A stretch of DNA of 64,000 nucleotides, taken from contig NZ_BTTW01000008.1 in the NCBI RefSeq assembly GCF_036245865.1, positions 160,396-224,395 of the forward strand, written 5' to 3'. Positions 26,593 to 36,398 of the stretch are shown here, piece after piece. Source of the DNA: Corallococcus caeni (GTDB lineage: Bacteria; Myxococcota; Myxococcia; Myxococcales; Myxococcaceae). Under the pieces are notes generated by a model. It searched no databases. It was given only the letters and a program-made list of their open reading frames with translations, and was not told the origin of the DNA. Numbering within the stretch: position 1 is the first letter of the stretch; each line of letters begins with the position of its first letter. The position numbers and the translations under genes were made by a program.

Positions 26593-28269
26593 ATGGCAGC
26601 GGCTCCAAGGGAATGGAGTCGGTTCGAAGGTGCCGAGGCGGAAGGCTTCGTCATCGAGAATGGTTGTCTGGAGATGTCCGTCGAAACCCAAACGAGGCTT
26701 GGATTGGAAGACCTGGTGACACCCGCGGTCTCGCCACGGCGCCGGCTGCTCGTGGTGGACGACGAGAAGAGCGTCCTCAATGCCCTCCGCCGGACGTTGC
26801 GCGGGGGGGGCTGGGAAGTGGCGACGGCCCAGGACGCGGAGTCGGGGCTGGAGGCGCTCGAGCGGTTCACCCCCGAGGTGGTCATCGCCGACTTCCGCAT
26901 GCCGGGGATGGACGGCGTGGACTTCCTCACCCGGGTGAAGGAGCACATGCCGCACGCCCAGCGCATCATGCTGACCGGGCAGGCGGATGAGCAGGTCATC
27001 GAGGAGGCCATCAACCGCTCCGAAATCTTCCGCTTCATCTCCAAGCCGTGGAACGACAACCACCTGCGGTTGACGGTGAAGAGCGCCTTCGAGCAGTACC
27101 TGCTCCGGGCGGAGAACGCCTGCCTGTATCGCGTGGCGCGGGAGCAGAATGCGCAGCTCAAGGATCTCAACGCGGACCTGGAGGCGCGCGTGGTCCAGCG
27201 CACCCAGGCGCTCAGCCAGGCGAAGCGCGACTGGGAGCTGACCTTCGACAGCCTGGACACGCCGCTGGCACTGGTGGACCTCGCGGACGGCACCGTGCGC
27301 CGCGCCAACCAGGCATACGCGCGCGCCGCCGGGCGGCGGGTGGAGGACGCGCGGGGTGTTGCCTGCCACCGCTACCTCTTCGGCCGGGACACGCCCTGCC
27401 CGGGCTGTTCGCTCCAGGCCGCGGCCAGGAGCGGCCAGGTGGCGCGCGCGACGCTGGAGCTGGGCGACCGCACGTACCTGCTCTCCGCCCACCCGCTGCC
27501 GGGTGAGAACTGCGCGGTGTGCACCTACCAGGACGTCACCGAGGAGCGGGCGATGACGCGCCGGCTCGTCGAGGCGGAGAAGATGGCCGCGGTGGGCCAG
27601 CTTGCCGGAGGCGTGGCCCATGAAATCAACAACCCGCTGGGCGGCATCCTGGCCTTCTCGCAGTTGATGAAGCGCGACCGGGGCCGGACGGAGGCGGACC
27701 TGGAGTCGCTCGACCTCATCGAGGAGAGCGCGCTGCGCTGCAAGCGCATCGTGGACAGCCTGCTGAAGCTCAGCCGGCACAGCCGCAGGGAGGACCGGTA
27801 TCCGCTGGACCTGTCGCGCTGCGTGGAGGACGCCACGCTCCTCTTCAAGGCCCAGCTCAAGTCCATCCCGAAGGTGAAGCTGGAGCTGAAGCTGGCGCCG
27901 GAGCTGCCCCCGGTGCTGGCCGACGCGGGTCAAATCGCCCAGGTGGTGCTCATCCTCCTGCAGAACGGGCTCCAGGCGCTGCCCCAGGCGGCGGGCACGC
28001 TGACGCTGGAGACGGGCCGCCGCGCCGAGCGCTGCTTCCTCTGCGTGAGCGACACGGGCCGGGGCATCGAGGAGCGCCACCTGCCCCACATCTTCGAGCC
28101 GTCCTTCACCACCAAGCCCCCGGGCGAGGGGACGGGCCTGGGGCTCTCCATCGCCTACCGCATCGTCCATGACCATGGGGGCACCTTCGACGTCGACACG
28201 CGGGTCGGCGCGGGCTCCCGCTTCACCGTCTTGCTTCCCATTCCCACGCACCCCCAGGAATCACAGTGA
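26593..28269 (+). CDS. Hybrid response-regulator / histidine kinase (REC, PAS, HisKA, HATPase_c)
   Basis: It has a receiver (LLVVDDE...VVIADF...FISKPW), a PAS region with CHx10PCPGC, the H-box [11 protein letters not shown], and a G-box. Confidence 0.8.
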   Translation: MAAAPREWSRFEGAEAEGFVIENGCLEMSVETQTRLGLEDLVTPAVSPRRRLLVVDDEKSVLNALRRTLRGGGWEVATAQDAESGLEALERFTPEVVIADFRMPGMDGVDFLTRVKEHMPHAQRIMLTGQADEQVIEEAINRSEIFRFISKPWNDNHLRLTVKSAFEQYLLRAENACLYRVAREQNAQLKDLNADLEARVVQRTQALSQAKRDWELTFDSLDTPLALVDLADGTVRRANQAYARAAGRRVEDARGVACHRYLFGRDTPCPGCSLQAAARSGQVARATLELGDRTYLLSAHPLPGENCAVCTYQDVTEERAMTRRLVEAEKMAAVGQLAGGVAHEINNPLGGILAFSQLMKRDRGRTEADLESLDLIEESALRCKRIVDSLLKLSRHSRREDRYPLDLSRCVEDATLLFKAQLKSIPKVKLELKLAPELPPVLADAGQIAQVVLILLQNGLQALPQAAGTLTLETGRRAERCFLCVSDTGRGIEERHLPHIFEPSFTTKPPGEGTGLGLSIAYRIVHDHGGTFDVDTRVGAGSRFTVLLPIPTHPQESQ

Positions 28270-29726
28270 CCCACTGCAAGCGTGCCAGGATTCTCGTCGT
28301 GGACGACGACACGGTCGTCCTCAAGGCCGTGACCCAGATTCTCCAGCGCGAGGGCCATCACGTCCTCTCCATCGACGACGCAGTGGAGGGACTGGTGGCC
28401 GCGAAGGACCCCACCATCGACGTGGTGGTGCTGGACATCAACATGCCCAACGTCTCCGGGATGCACCTGCTGCGCGCCATCAAGGCCGAGCGCCCGGATG
28501 TCGAGGTCGTCATGATGACCGCCTACGCCACCATCGGCACCGCCGTGGAGGCGGTGAGGGTGGGGGCGTACGACTTCCTCACCAAGCCCTTCGAGAACAT
28601 CGATGTGCTGAGCCTCACGGTGGCCAAGGCCATCGAGCGCAGGACGCTCAAGGCCCACACCCGGGTGCTGGAGGATGCGCTCCACACCCGCAACCACTTC
28701 GAGGACCTCATCGGCCAGTCGGCGCAGATGCACTCCGTCTTCAAGCTGGCGCAGATGGTGAGCGAGTCCACCGTCACCGTCCTCATCCAGGGTGAGAGCG
28801 GCACGGGCAAGGAGCTGGTGGCGCGCGCCATCCATTACCGCGGCCCGCGCAAGGACAGGCCCTTCGTCGCCGTCAACTGCTCCGCGCTGACGGAGACGCT
28901 GCTGGAGAGCGAGCTGTTCGGTCACGTGAAGGGCAGCTTCACCGGCGCCACCGGCAACAAGAAGGGCCTCTTCGAGGCGGCCGACGGCGGCACCCTCTTC
29001 CTCGACGAGATTGGCGACATTTCCCCCGCCACCCAGGTGCGCCTCTTGCGCGTGCTGCAGGAGGGCGAGGTCAAGCGCGTGGGCGCCAACGAGTCCATCA
29101 AGGTGGACGTGCGCGTCATCGCCGCCACCCACGTGGACCTGGTCCGCGCCAAGTCGCAGGGCAAGTTCCGCGAGGACCTCTTCTACCGCCTCAACGTCAT
29201 CAAGATAGAGCTGCCGCCCCTGCGTGACAGACCCGAGGACGTGCCGGTGCTGGCGCACCACTTCCTGCGGATCTACACGCAGAAGGCCGGCAAGCAGGTG
29301 ACGGGCTTCACGCCGCACGCCATGGAGGCCCTCATGGCCCACCGGTGGGAGGGCAACGTGCGCGAACTGGAGAACATCATCGAGCGGGCGCTGGTCCTCA
29401 CCCAGAACCAGGTGCTGGACGTGGAGGACCTCCCTCCCGGCTTCGAGGACGTCTCCCACATCAGCTCGCCAGCGGAGGTCGTCAGCCTGGCGCACCTGGA
29501 ATACGCCCAGGCCAAGCGCCTCACCCTGCGCGCCTTCGAGCGGCGCTACCTCGCCACGCTCATGGAGAAGTACGGCCACAACATCACCAACGCCGCGCGT
29601 GCGGCGGGGCTGGACCGCTCCAACTTCCGCCGCCTGCTCAAGCAGTACGAGGTGGCCGGCCGCTCGATGAAGCCGCGCGCCGACGACTCCTCCGAGGACA
29701 CCGACTCCTCCTCGCTGTCTCCGTGA
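28266..29726 (+). CDS. Sigma-54-dependent response regulator (NtrC family: REC, AAA+ sigma-54 interaction, Fis-type HTH)
   Basis: It contains ILVVDDD, GESGTGKELVARAIH, GAFTGA and a C-terminal HTH. The GTG start overlaps the upstream stop (GTGA). Confidence 0.9.
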   Translation: MTHCKRARILVVDDDTVVLKAVTQILQREGHHVLSIDDAVEGLVAAKDPTIDVVVLDINMPNVSGMHLLRAIKAERPDVEVVMMTAYATIGTAVEAVRVGAYDFLTKPFENIDVLSLTVAKAIERRTLKAHTRVLEDALHTRNHFEDLIGQSAQMHSVFKLAQMVSESTVTVLIQGESGTGKELVARAIHYRGPRKDRPFVAVNCSALTETLLESELFGHVKGSFTGATGNKKGLFEAADGGTLFLDEIGDISPATQVRLLRVLQEGEVKRVGANESIKVDVRVIAATHVDLVRAKSQGKFREDLFYRLNVIKIELPPLRDRPEDVPVLAHHFLRIYTQKAGKQVTGFTPHAMEALMAHRWEGNVRELENIIERALVLTQNQVLDVEDLPPGFEDVSHISSPAEVVSLAHLEYAQAKRLTLRAFERRYLATLMEKYGHNITNAARAAGLDRSNFRRLLKQYEVAGRSMKPRADDSSEDTDSSSLSP

Positions 29727-29803
29727 CCCACGGCGGGACCCCGGCGCAGCCACGCCGGGGGGCCCGCGCCTCCGCGTTCCTGCAACGTCCGTTGGGACGG
29801 CCC

Positions 29804-32755
29804 ATGCCCTTTCGAAGCGAAGAACCCAGCCCCGAGCCCATCGAAGCGAGGAGCAAGGCGCTCCTTGGCGAGCACCTGCACCGGGTCCACGTCCGCATGG
29901 ACCACCTGATGGGCGGCTTGATGCTGCTCCAGTGGGGCCTGGTCGCCGCCGTCGCCATCCTCGTGTCGCGGGTCTTCCGGGAGCACGGGTCGCACCTGCT
30001 CAATGCCCGCGTCGACAGGGCCCTCCTGGTCGGCGCCGCCCTGGGCACCGTGCCCGCCGCCCTGGCCTACCTGCGTCCGGGCAGGGCGTCCACGCGGCAT
30101 CTCATCGCCGCGGCCCAGATGCTCTGGATTACCGTCCTGGCCTGGCTGAGTGACGGCCGGGGGGAGACGCTGTTCTATGTCTTCGCCTCGCTCGCCCTCC
30201 TCGCCGCCTACCGCGACTGGAAGGTGCTCGTCACCGCGACGCTGGTCTTCATCGCGGAGTACGCCGTCTGGGGCCAGGCCTGGCCCGAGTCCCTGTACGG
30301 CGGGACGTCCCTTCAGTGGTGGCACGTCTTCGAGCATGCGGGCTGGGCGGTGCTCACGGATGTCTTCCTGCTCCTGGGCATCCGACGCAGCATCGAGGAG
30401 ATGCGCGGCACCGCCCTGCAGCAGGCCCGTGCCGAGGAGCTCACCCGGAGCCTGGACCAGCGGGTGGTGGAGCGCACCGCCCAGCTCGAGGAGGCCCAGG
30501 CCGTGGCGCACGTGGGGAGCTGGGAGACGACCTCCGCCTCGGGCTGTATGCAGTGGAGCCCCGAGCTGTTCCGGATCTGTGGGGTGGACCCGAAGACCTT
30601 CACCCCCTCGATCGAGACGGCCCTGGTGCTCGTGCACCCGGAGGAGCGGGAGTCCGTCCGCCAGGAACTCGATCAGCTCCTGATCTCGGGAGGCGAGCTC
30701 ACCCGCGAGGTGCGCATCCGCCGGCCGGATGGACAGCCGCGGCACCTGCTGATGCGGGCCAGGGCCCGGGCGGACGAAGCCGGACGTGGAATGCGGCTCG
30801 TCGGCACGCAGGCGGATATCACCGAGCGCAAGCGGGCCGATGCGGCGCTGCGCGCCAGCGAGGCGAAGTACCGCCAGATTGTCGAGACCTCGCACGAGGG
30901 CATCTGCTCCCTGGACCTGGAGTCCCGCATCACCTTCGCCAACGGGCGCATGGCCGAGATGCTGGGCGTGGAGCCGTCGGAGCTGCCGGGCGCGTACGCG
31001 CTCGACTTCATCGACGAGGAGAGCCGCCGGGCCTGCCAGGAGCGGATGGGGCGCTTCCGAAAGGGTCGCGCGGAGCTCGTCGACGTCAGGCTTCGCCGGA
31101 AGGACGGCGACGAGCTGTGGGCATTCGTGTCGGCCAGTCCCGTGCTCGGTCCGGACGGGCAGCGGACCGGCGCCTTCGTCATGGTGACGGACATCACCGA
31201 GCGCAAACAGATGGAGGAGCGCCTCAGGAGCCGCGAGGCCAAGCTGGCGGAGGTCGAGGTGCTGGTCCATGCGGGGAGCTGGGAGCTGGAGCTCCCATCG
31301 GAGCGGCTCCGGCTGTCGGACGAGCTCTGCCGCATCCTCGGCTTCGAACCCTCGCGGTTCCTGGGGACCCACGCAGCCTTCATGGAGCGCGTCCACCCCG
31401 AGGACCGCGGTGCCCTCCAGGTCGGCGTCACCCGCTCGGCGGAGAGGGGAGCGGTCTTCTCCTCGGAGTTCCGCATCGTCCGGCCCGGAGGAGAGGTGCG
31501 CATCCTCAGCGCGCTGGGCCGCGTCGCACCCCACGTGACGGGAGGGCCCGTCCACGTCGTCGGCATCACCCAGGACGTGACGGAGCGACGGGAGATGGAG
31601 GCGAGGCTCATGGTGGCGGACCGCATGGTGTCCATGGGCACGCTCGCGAGCGGTGTGGCCCACGAAATCAACAACCCCCTCGCCTACGTCCACAGCAACC
31701 TGGACTTCATGGCGGGCCAGCTGGAGCAACTGCGGGCCGCGCACCCCCAGGAGTGCCTCGACGAATTGGTGGAGGTGGTGCGCGAGACGCAGGAGGGCGC
31801 CGGCCGCATCCGCCGCATCGTGCGCGACCTGGGGACGCTGTCCCGGGCCGACGATGAGAAGCTCGGCCGCGTCGCCGTGGAGGAGGTGCTCGAGTGGTCC
31901 GCGAAGATGGCGTGGAACGAAATCCGCCATCGCGCGCGGCTCGTGAAGGACTTCGCGAGCGTGCCCGCCGTCGAGGCCAACGGCGCCCGCCTGGGACAGG
32001 TCTTCCTGAACCTGCTCATCAACGCGGCGCATGCCATTCCCGAAGGCCAGGTGGAGAAGAACGAAATCCGGCTCAGGTCGCGGCTGGACGAATCGGGCCG
32101 GGTGGCCATCGAGATCTCGGACACCGGCTCGGGCATTCCCTCCGAGATTCGCGGCCGCATCTTCGACCCGTTCTTCACCACCAAGCCGGTGGGGGTGGGC
32201 ACGGGGCTGGGACTGTCCATCTGCCATGGCATCGTCAAGTCCATGGGCGGCGAGATTTCCGTGGCGAGCGAGATGGGCCGGGGGACGACCTTCACTGTCT
32301 GCCTGCCCGCGGCGGGGCAGGACGTCGACGACGAGGAGGCGTCGGAGGAGGCGCCCAGGAGGGCGGCCACGCGGAGGGCGAGGATCCTCATCGTGGACGA
32401 CGAGCCCGCGGTGGCCGGCTCGCTGCGCCGGCTGCTGGCCTCGGAGCATGACGTGGAGGTGGTGCTCCGGGGCCGTGAGGCGCTCGAGCGGGTGGAGGCG
32501 CACGAGGACTTCGACCTCATCCTCTGCGACCTCCTCATGCCGGACATGACGGGGATGGACCTCTTCGACGAACTGGTGCGCGTGGCGCCGCGGCTCGCGG
32601 ACAGGGTGGTGTTCCTGACGGGCGGGGCGTTCACCCAGCGGGCGCGGGAGTTCCTGGACCGGGTGCCCGGTCGGTACATGCAGAAGCCGGTCGACACCCG
32701 GCAGGTGCGTCGGCTGGTGCGGGAGCGGGTCTCCACCCAGGACGTGGCATCGTGA
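29804..32755 (+). CDS. Membrane-bound multi-PAS hybrid sensor histidine kinase with a C-terminal receiver
   Basis: The start is the internal ATG (MPFRSEEP) of track ORF 29345..32755. It has N-terminal TM helices, three PAS-like modules, the H-box [11 protein letters not shown], an HATPase domain and a receiver (ILIVDDE...). Confidence 0.85.
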   Translation: MPFRSEEPSPEPIEARSKALLGEHLHRVHVRMDHLMGGLMLLQWGLVAAVAILVSRVFREHGSHLLNARVDRALLVGAALGTVPAALAYLRPGRASTRHLIAAAQMLWITVLAWLSDGRGETLFYVFASLALLAAYRDWKVLVTATLVFIAEYAVWGQAWPESLYGGTSLQWWHVFEHAGWAVLTDVFLLLGIRRSIEEMRGTALQQARAEELTRSLDQRVVERTAQLEEAQAVAHVGSWETTSASGCMQWSPELFRICGVDPKTFTPSIETALVLVHPEERESVRQELDQLLISGGELTREVRIRRPDGQPRHLLMRARARADEAGRGMRLVGTQADITERKRADAALRASEAKYRQIVETSHEGICSLDLESRITFANGRMAEMLGVEPSELPGAYALDFIDEESRRACQERMGRFRKGRAELVDVRLRRKDGDELWAFVSASPVLGPDGQRTGAFVMVTDITERKQMEERLRSREAKLAEVEVLVHAGSWELELPSERLRLSDELCRILGFEPSRFLGTHAAFMERVHPEDRGALQVGVTRSAERGAVFSSEFRIVRPGGEVRILSALGRVAPHVTGGPVHVVGITQDVTERREMEARLMVADRMVSMGTLASGVAHEINNPLAYVHSNLDFMAGQLEQLRAAHPQECLDELVEVVRETQEGAGRIRRIVRDLGTLSRADDEKLGRVAVEEVLEWSAKMAWNEIRHRARLVKDFASVPAVEANGARLGQVFLNLLINAAHAIPEGQVEKNEIRLRSRLDESGRVAIEISDTGSGIPSEIRGRIFDPFFTTKPVGVGTGLGLSICHGIVKSMGGEISVASEMGRGTTFTVCLPAAGQDVDDEEASEEAPRRAATRRARILIVDDEPAVAGSLRRLLASEHDVEVVLRGREALERVEAHEDFDLILCDLLMPDMTGMDLFDELVRVAPRLADRVVFLTGGAFTQRAREFLDRVPGRYMQKPVDTRQVRRLVRERVSTQDVAS

Positions 32756-32756
32756 C

Positions 32757-32905
32757 GCCGGTGTCCCCCGGGCACCCTGCCGCGTGTTGGTGGGCTCGCA
32801 CCACGCTGGCGTCCACGTAGTGCCGCGTCCACTCCAGCCGACCGTGCTCATGCGCCTCGGCCTGCAACCGTCGCGGGATTCGCGCCCAGGTGCCCGGCCG
32901 CTGTG
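32757..32905 (-). pseudogene. IS5-family transposase internal fragment (relic)
   Basis: The minus-strand translation of this intergenic stretch reads ...LQAEAHEHGRLEWTRHYVDASVVRAHQHAAG. That matches the conserved IS5-family (DDE_Tnp_1) motif D-S-T-x-V-R-A-H-Q-H-A-A-G. An in-frame stop lies upstream and the remainder is missing. Confidence 0.5.
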
Positions 32906-33008
32906 ATGGCAGCCGGCCGGCCAGTCTCGCCCATCGCGCGTCGGGTCTGTTCGCCCCGGCTCATGCTCTCTCGAAGCCGGGCGCGCTCGACCTATTTGCG
33001 GACACGCA

Positions 33009-35333
33009 CTAGCGGATGGCCCGCCAGGTGAACCAGGCGTCGTAGGCCAGGTTCGCCAGCGGCACGCCGCTGCGGCGCACCACGCTGTCGCGCCAGGGGT
33101 TGGTCTCGAAGGCCTTCCACGCCTCCTTGAGCGCCCCCTTCACCGAGCCCAGCTGAGCCAGCTTCGCCAGCTCCAGCTTGAGGCCGAAGGTGGTGATCTC
33201 ATGCACGCCGAAGCTCTCCACGTGCGAGTACTTGAGGAACTCGCGCGCCTCCTGCTCCGTGGGGTAGCGCGTGTAGCGCAGGAGCTCCTGGAGCGTGCCG
33301 GGCTGCAGCTCGTCCGCGGTGAAGCGCAGCAGGGGAGACAGCCGCGCGTAGTCCCTCGCGTAGTCGTACATGCCCTCCTGCACGCGGCGGAAGAAGCGGG
33401 CGCTGTTGTCCTTCTCCTGGTCGTGGTGCAAGAGCTCCGGCATGGGCAGGTGCGGCGCCCACGGGTTCTTCCCGTAGCGCACCGTGCTGCCGTGGTTCGC
33501 CGTGGTGATCATCTCGAAGATGGCGGTGTTGCGCAGGAAGTCCGCCTCCTCCAGGTCGCGCCGCCGCAGGTCCGACAGGTAGCCGTACTTGAAGGACTTC
33601 TTCGCCAGGGGCTGACCGTCCGGCACGTAGGCCAGGTAGAAGCCGTGCAGCTCCGGGAAGCGCGCGTCGTGCTCGAAGGCGCGCATCAGGTTGTCCTGCA
33701 TGCTGCCCTTCCACCCGATGTCCACGAGCGCCGTGCGCGTGAGGCCCATCAGCCCGCGGTACTCCAGGTAGCGGGACAGATTCGCCTTCGCCTCGTCGCG
33801 GCGCTGGTGGAAGGCCACGCGCACGCGGCGCGACGCGAGGAAGCGCTGGAAGGCGGCGTCCTTCGTGGGCTCCACGATGGGCCGGTCCGGGTCCGTGAGG
33901 CCGCACTCGGCGGCCAGCCGGATGAACTCGTCCTGGGGCAGCGACAGGTTCTTGAGCAGGCCGCGCAGCGACTGGCGGCTGTACTGGCGCCAGAAGCGGT
34001 GCACCTCCTCCCAGCTCAGCTCGCGCATGGACGCGAGGATGGTGGAGGCCCGGCTGACGAACAGGTAGTGCGCCTTCGGCACCCGGCGGAACAGCCCGGA
34101 GTCCTTCAGGAGCGCGAACACCTTGAGCAGCGTCAGGCCCTCGCGCGCCAGGAAGTAGACGTGGTCGATGCCCAGCTTCTCCGAGCGCTCGATGACGTCC
34201 ACCACGAAGGCCACGATGCCCGGCGCCAGCGTGCGGCCCAGCTGGTAGCTGGCGTCGTCGTCCGGCGGGCGGACGTGGCGGGCCTCGTTGCCCAGCACGA
34301 CGTCCACGTAGTGCGCGGCCCAGTACGGGTTCTGCTCCACGGCCTTCTGGGCAATCTCCAGCCGGCGGCGGCGCACCTTCTCGTCCGGGTCCTCCACGCG
34401 CAGGGTGGAGATGCCCAGCCGGCGCGGCTGCACGTTGTCGGCGTTCTCGTCGTCGCCGACGAAGAAGAGCTGCTCGGGCTTGAGCCCCTCGCGCTCCAGC
34501 ACGCGCGGGAAGAGCCGGCCGGACGCCTTGCGCAGCCCCTCGTCGATGGAGACGTAGCCCGCGTCGAAGTACTGCTCCAGCCCGCAGTGCCGCAGCAGCT
34601 CACGCAAGAGCGGCTGCGACAGGTACATGTCGCTCACGAAGATGAGCCGCTTGCCCTGGGCCTTCAGCGCGGACAGCACCTCCGGGATGCCCGGCGCGGG
34701 ACGCAGCGCCAGCTTCTCCAGCTCCAGCTCCAGCGCGCGCAGCTCCGCGGCCATGCGCGAGCGCATCGGCTCCCGAGGCAGCCAGCTGCCCGCCCAGCGC
34801 TGCAGGAGCGCCTCGAAGTCCACCTCGTTGTCGCGGCCCTGGGCCACCTGCTCCCCGGCGATCTCCATCTCCAGGGCGAAGCGGCGCTGACGCACCTGGG
34901 CCACCGTGGGCAGGGCCTTGGGGTGCACCAGCTCCTTCAGCCGCGCGTGGAAGCCGCGCGCCACGGCCGTCTTGAGCCACTCGCCCTCCACGCTGCGCAC
35001 CACCAGCGTGTTGAAGACGTCGAAGCCCACCACGTCGTAGCCCGCCGTCGCGGTGAGCAGCCGCTCGCGCAGCGTGGCGAAGGGGGAGGATTCAATGGGG
35101 GGCGCGTCGCCCGCGCGGAAGAGGCGCGAGGCCTGGGCCAGGCCGTCCACCACGTTGGGCGGCAGGGCCTCCGAGGCAATCACCGACATGCGCTCGCCGG
35201 GCGTCGCGCGCGGGTGCTTCGTGGCGACGGGAGCGCCCTTCTGCGTCAGGTACAGGTCGCGCGCGGTCTCCACCGCCCAGCGCTGGAGGGCGGGAAGCAG
35301 CGCGGCCGCTGCGGGTTCACGGCGGGCTGTCAT
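33009..35333 (-). CDS. HAD-like hydrolase domain fused to a large C-terminal domain of unknown function
   Basis: The 774-aa protein has an N-terminal region with HAD-like motifs (VVGFDVFNTLV, IFVSD, FFVGDDENAD). It sits in a polysaccharide locus. Confidence 0.55.
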   Translation of the reverse strand: MTARREPAAAALLPALQRWAVETARDLYLTQKGAPVATKHPRATPGERMSVIASEALPPNVVDGLAQASRLFRAGDAPPIESSPFATLRERLLTATAGYDVVGFDVFNTLVVRSVEGEWLKTAVARGFHARLKELVHPKALPTVAQVRQRRFALEMEIAGEQVAQGRDNEVDFEALLQRWAGSWLPREPMRSRMAAELRALELELEKLALRPAPGIPEVLSALKAQGKRLIFVSDMYLSQPLLRELLRHCGLEQYFDAGYVSIDEGLRKASGRLFPRVLEREGLKPEQLFFVGDDENADNVQPRRLGISTLRVEDPDEKVRRRRLEIAQKAVEQNPYWAAHYVDVVLGNEARHVRPPDDDASYQLGRTLAPGIVAFVVDVIERSEKLGIDHVYFLAREGLTLLKVFALLKDSGLFRRVPKAHYLFVSRASTILASMRELSWEEVHRFWRQYSRQSLRGLLKNLSLPQDEFIRLAAECGLTDPDRPIVEPTKDAAFQRFLASRRVRVAFHQRRDEAKANLSRYLEYRGLMGLTRTALVDIGWKGSMQDNLMRAFEHDARFPELHGFYLAYVPDGQPLAKKSFKYGYLSDLRRRDLEEADFLRNTAIFEMITTANHGSTVRYGKNPWAPHLPMPELLHHDQEKDNSARFFRRVQEGMYDYARDYARLSPLLRFTADELQPGTLQELLRYTRYPTEQEAREFLKYSHVESFGVHEITTFGLKLELAKLAQLGSVKGALKEAWKAFETNPWRDSVVRRSGVPLANLAYDAWFTWRAIR

Positions 35334-35354
35334 CTGCTTCCGGTGTCCTTGGCT

Positions 35355-36398
35355 CTAGTTGGGGACGGCCGCGAGGGTGCGGCTGGGACGCGTGAGCTTC
35401 TCCGCGCCCAGGGCCTCCGGGGCGGAGGCCTCCGGGGCGCGCGCGCCGGTGGACTCGACGGCGACGGGCACCGCCACCGGGGGCCGCGTGGGCGTCAGCG
35501 ACGCCAGGTGCGCCACGGGGTCCGCGAACAGGTGGGCGTCGTGCAGCACGCGCTGGAAGCACGCGGACGCGTCGAAGGCCTCGCGCATCTTCTGCCACGC
35601 GCGGATGCGCACCGCGCGGAAGGACACCGGCATGCGGAAGACTTCGTCCAGCGAGCGCGCCCACTGGCCGTCCGGCCGGTAGAGGAACTCGTCCTCCGGC
35701 TCGATGTTCCACTCCCCGGCGAAGACCGTGTCGGCGATGACGAGCAGCCCGTGCGCCATGGCCAGCAGCGGCAGCGGATCAAAGCGGCCCATCAGGTCGC
35801 GCGACGCGTAGACGAGCGTCCCGGCCTTCTCCAGCGCCTGGGACACCTCTTGCGGCGTGGCGTGCGAGGACAGGACGTCCACCGGCCCCAGCTTGCGCAG
35901 GTCGTCCAGGGCCTCCGGCGAGGGGCTGGCCCAGTCCGCCACCAGCATCCTCCGGACCTCCAGCCGCGGGCCCGTCGGGCACCGCGCGGTGTCCACCGGC
36001 AGGGGCAGCGTCTGCAGCAGCGGCAGCCGCGCCAGCTCCGGCGACGTGGGCGTCTCCAGGTAGGTGAGCCAGCGGAAGCCCTGCGCGTCCGGACCGCTGG
36101 TGCGCGAGAGCCGCTCAATCTCCTCCGCGCTGAACAGCGGCGCGGGGATGACGCCGATGCGCATGCTCCCGGGCACCCGCGCCACCTGCTCCGGCGTGAG
36201 GTCCTGCGGCCGGAACACGAGCGTCGCGTTCGCGCCCCAGGCCTGGGCCGCGTCGAGCGCGGGCTCCCACTGGCCGGCCGTCACGGGGAAGAAGCGGACC
36301 TCGGCCCACGCCGCCTGGACGGGCACGTGCGGCTCGAAGGTCGGCTCGCCCACGAAGGCGACGCGCTGGAGGGAGGGGGAGGGCGGATGGACTCTCAT
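35355..36398 (-). CDS. Hypothetical protein, glycosyltransferase-like C-terminal region
   Basis: The start is the internal ATG (MRVHPPSP) of track ORF 35355..37529. It overlaps the upstream stop (ATGA). Confidence 0.45.
   Translation of the reverse strand: MRVHPPSPSLQRVAFVGEPTFEPHVPVQAAWAEVRFFPVTAGQWEPALDAAQAWGANATLVFRPQDLTPEQVARVPGSMRIGVIPAPLFSAEEIERLSRTSGPDAQGFRWLTYLETPTSPELARLPLLQTLPLPVDTARCPTGPRLEVRRMLVADWASPSPEALDDLRKLGPVDVLSSHATPQEVSQALEKAGTLVYASRDLMGRFDPLPLLAMAHGLLVIADTVFAGEWNIEPEDEFLYRPDGQWARSLDEVFRMPVSFRAVRIRAWQKMREAFDASACFQRVLHDAHLFADPVAHLASLTPTRPPVAVPVAVESTGARAPEASAPEALGAEKLTRPSRTLAAVPN

Noticed and set aside
26476-29753. Minus-strand ORFs of 591 and 532 aa
   Set aside because: They are antisense to the hybrid kinase and the NtrC-type regulator, which carry unmistakable motifs.
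32701-32760. One-base disagreements between my hand counting and the ORF-track coordinates (for example at about 20284, 32755 and 59584/59606)
   Set aside because: I treat this as a transcription or counting artefact rather than a real frameshift. Track coordinates are used wherever available.
29546-32851. 1101-aa minus-strand ORF
   Set aside because: It is antisense to the multi-PAS hybrid kinase.
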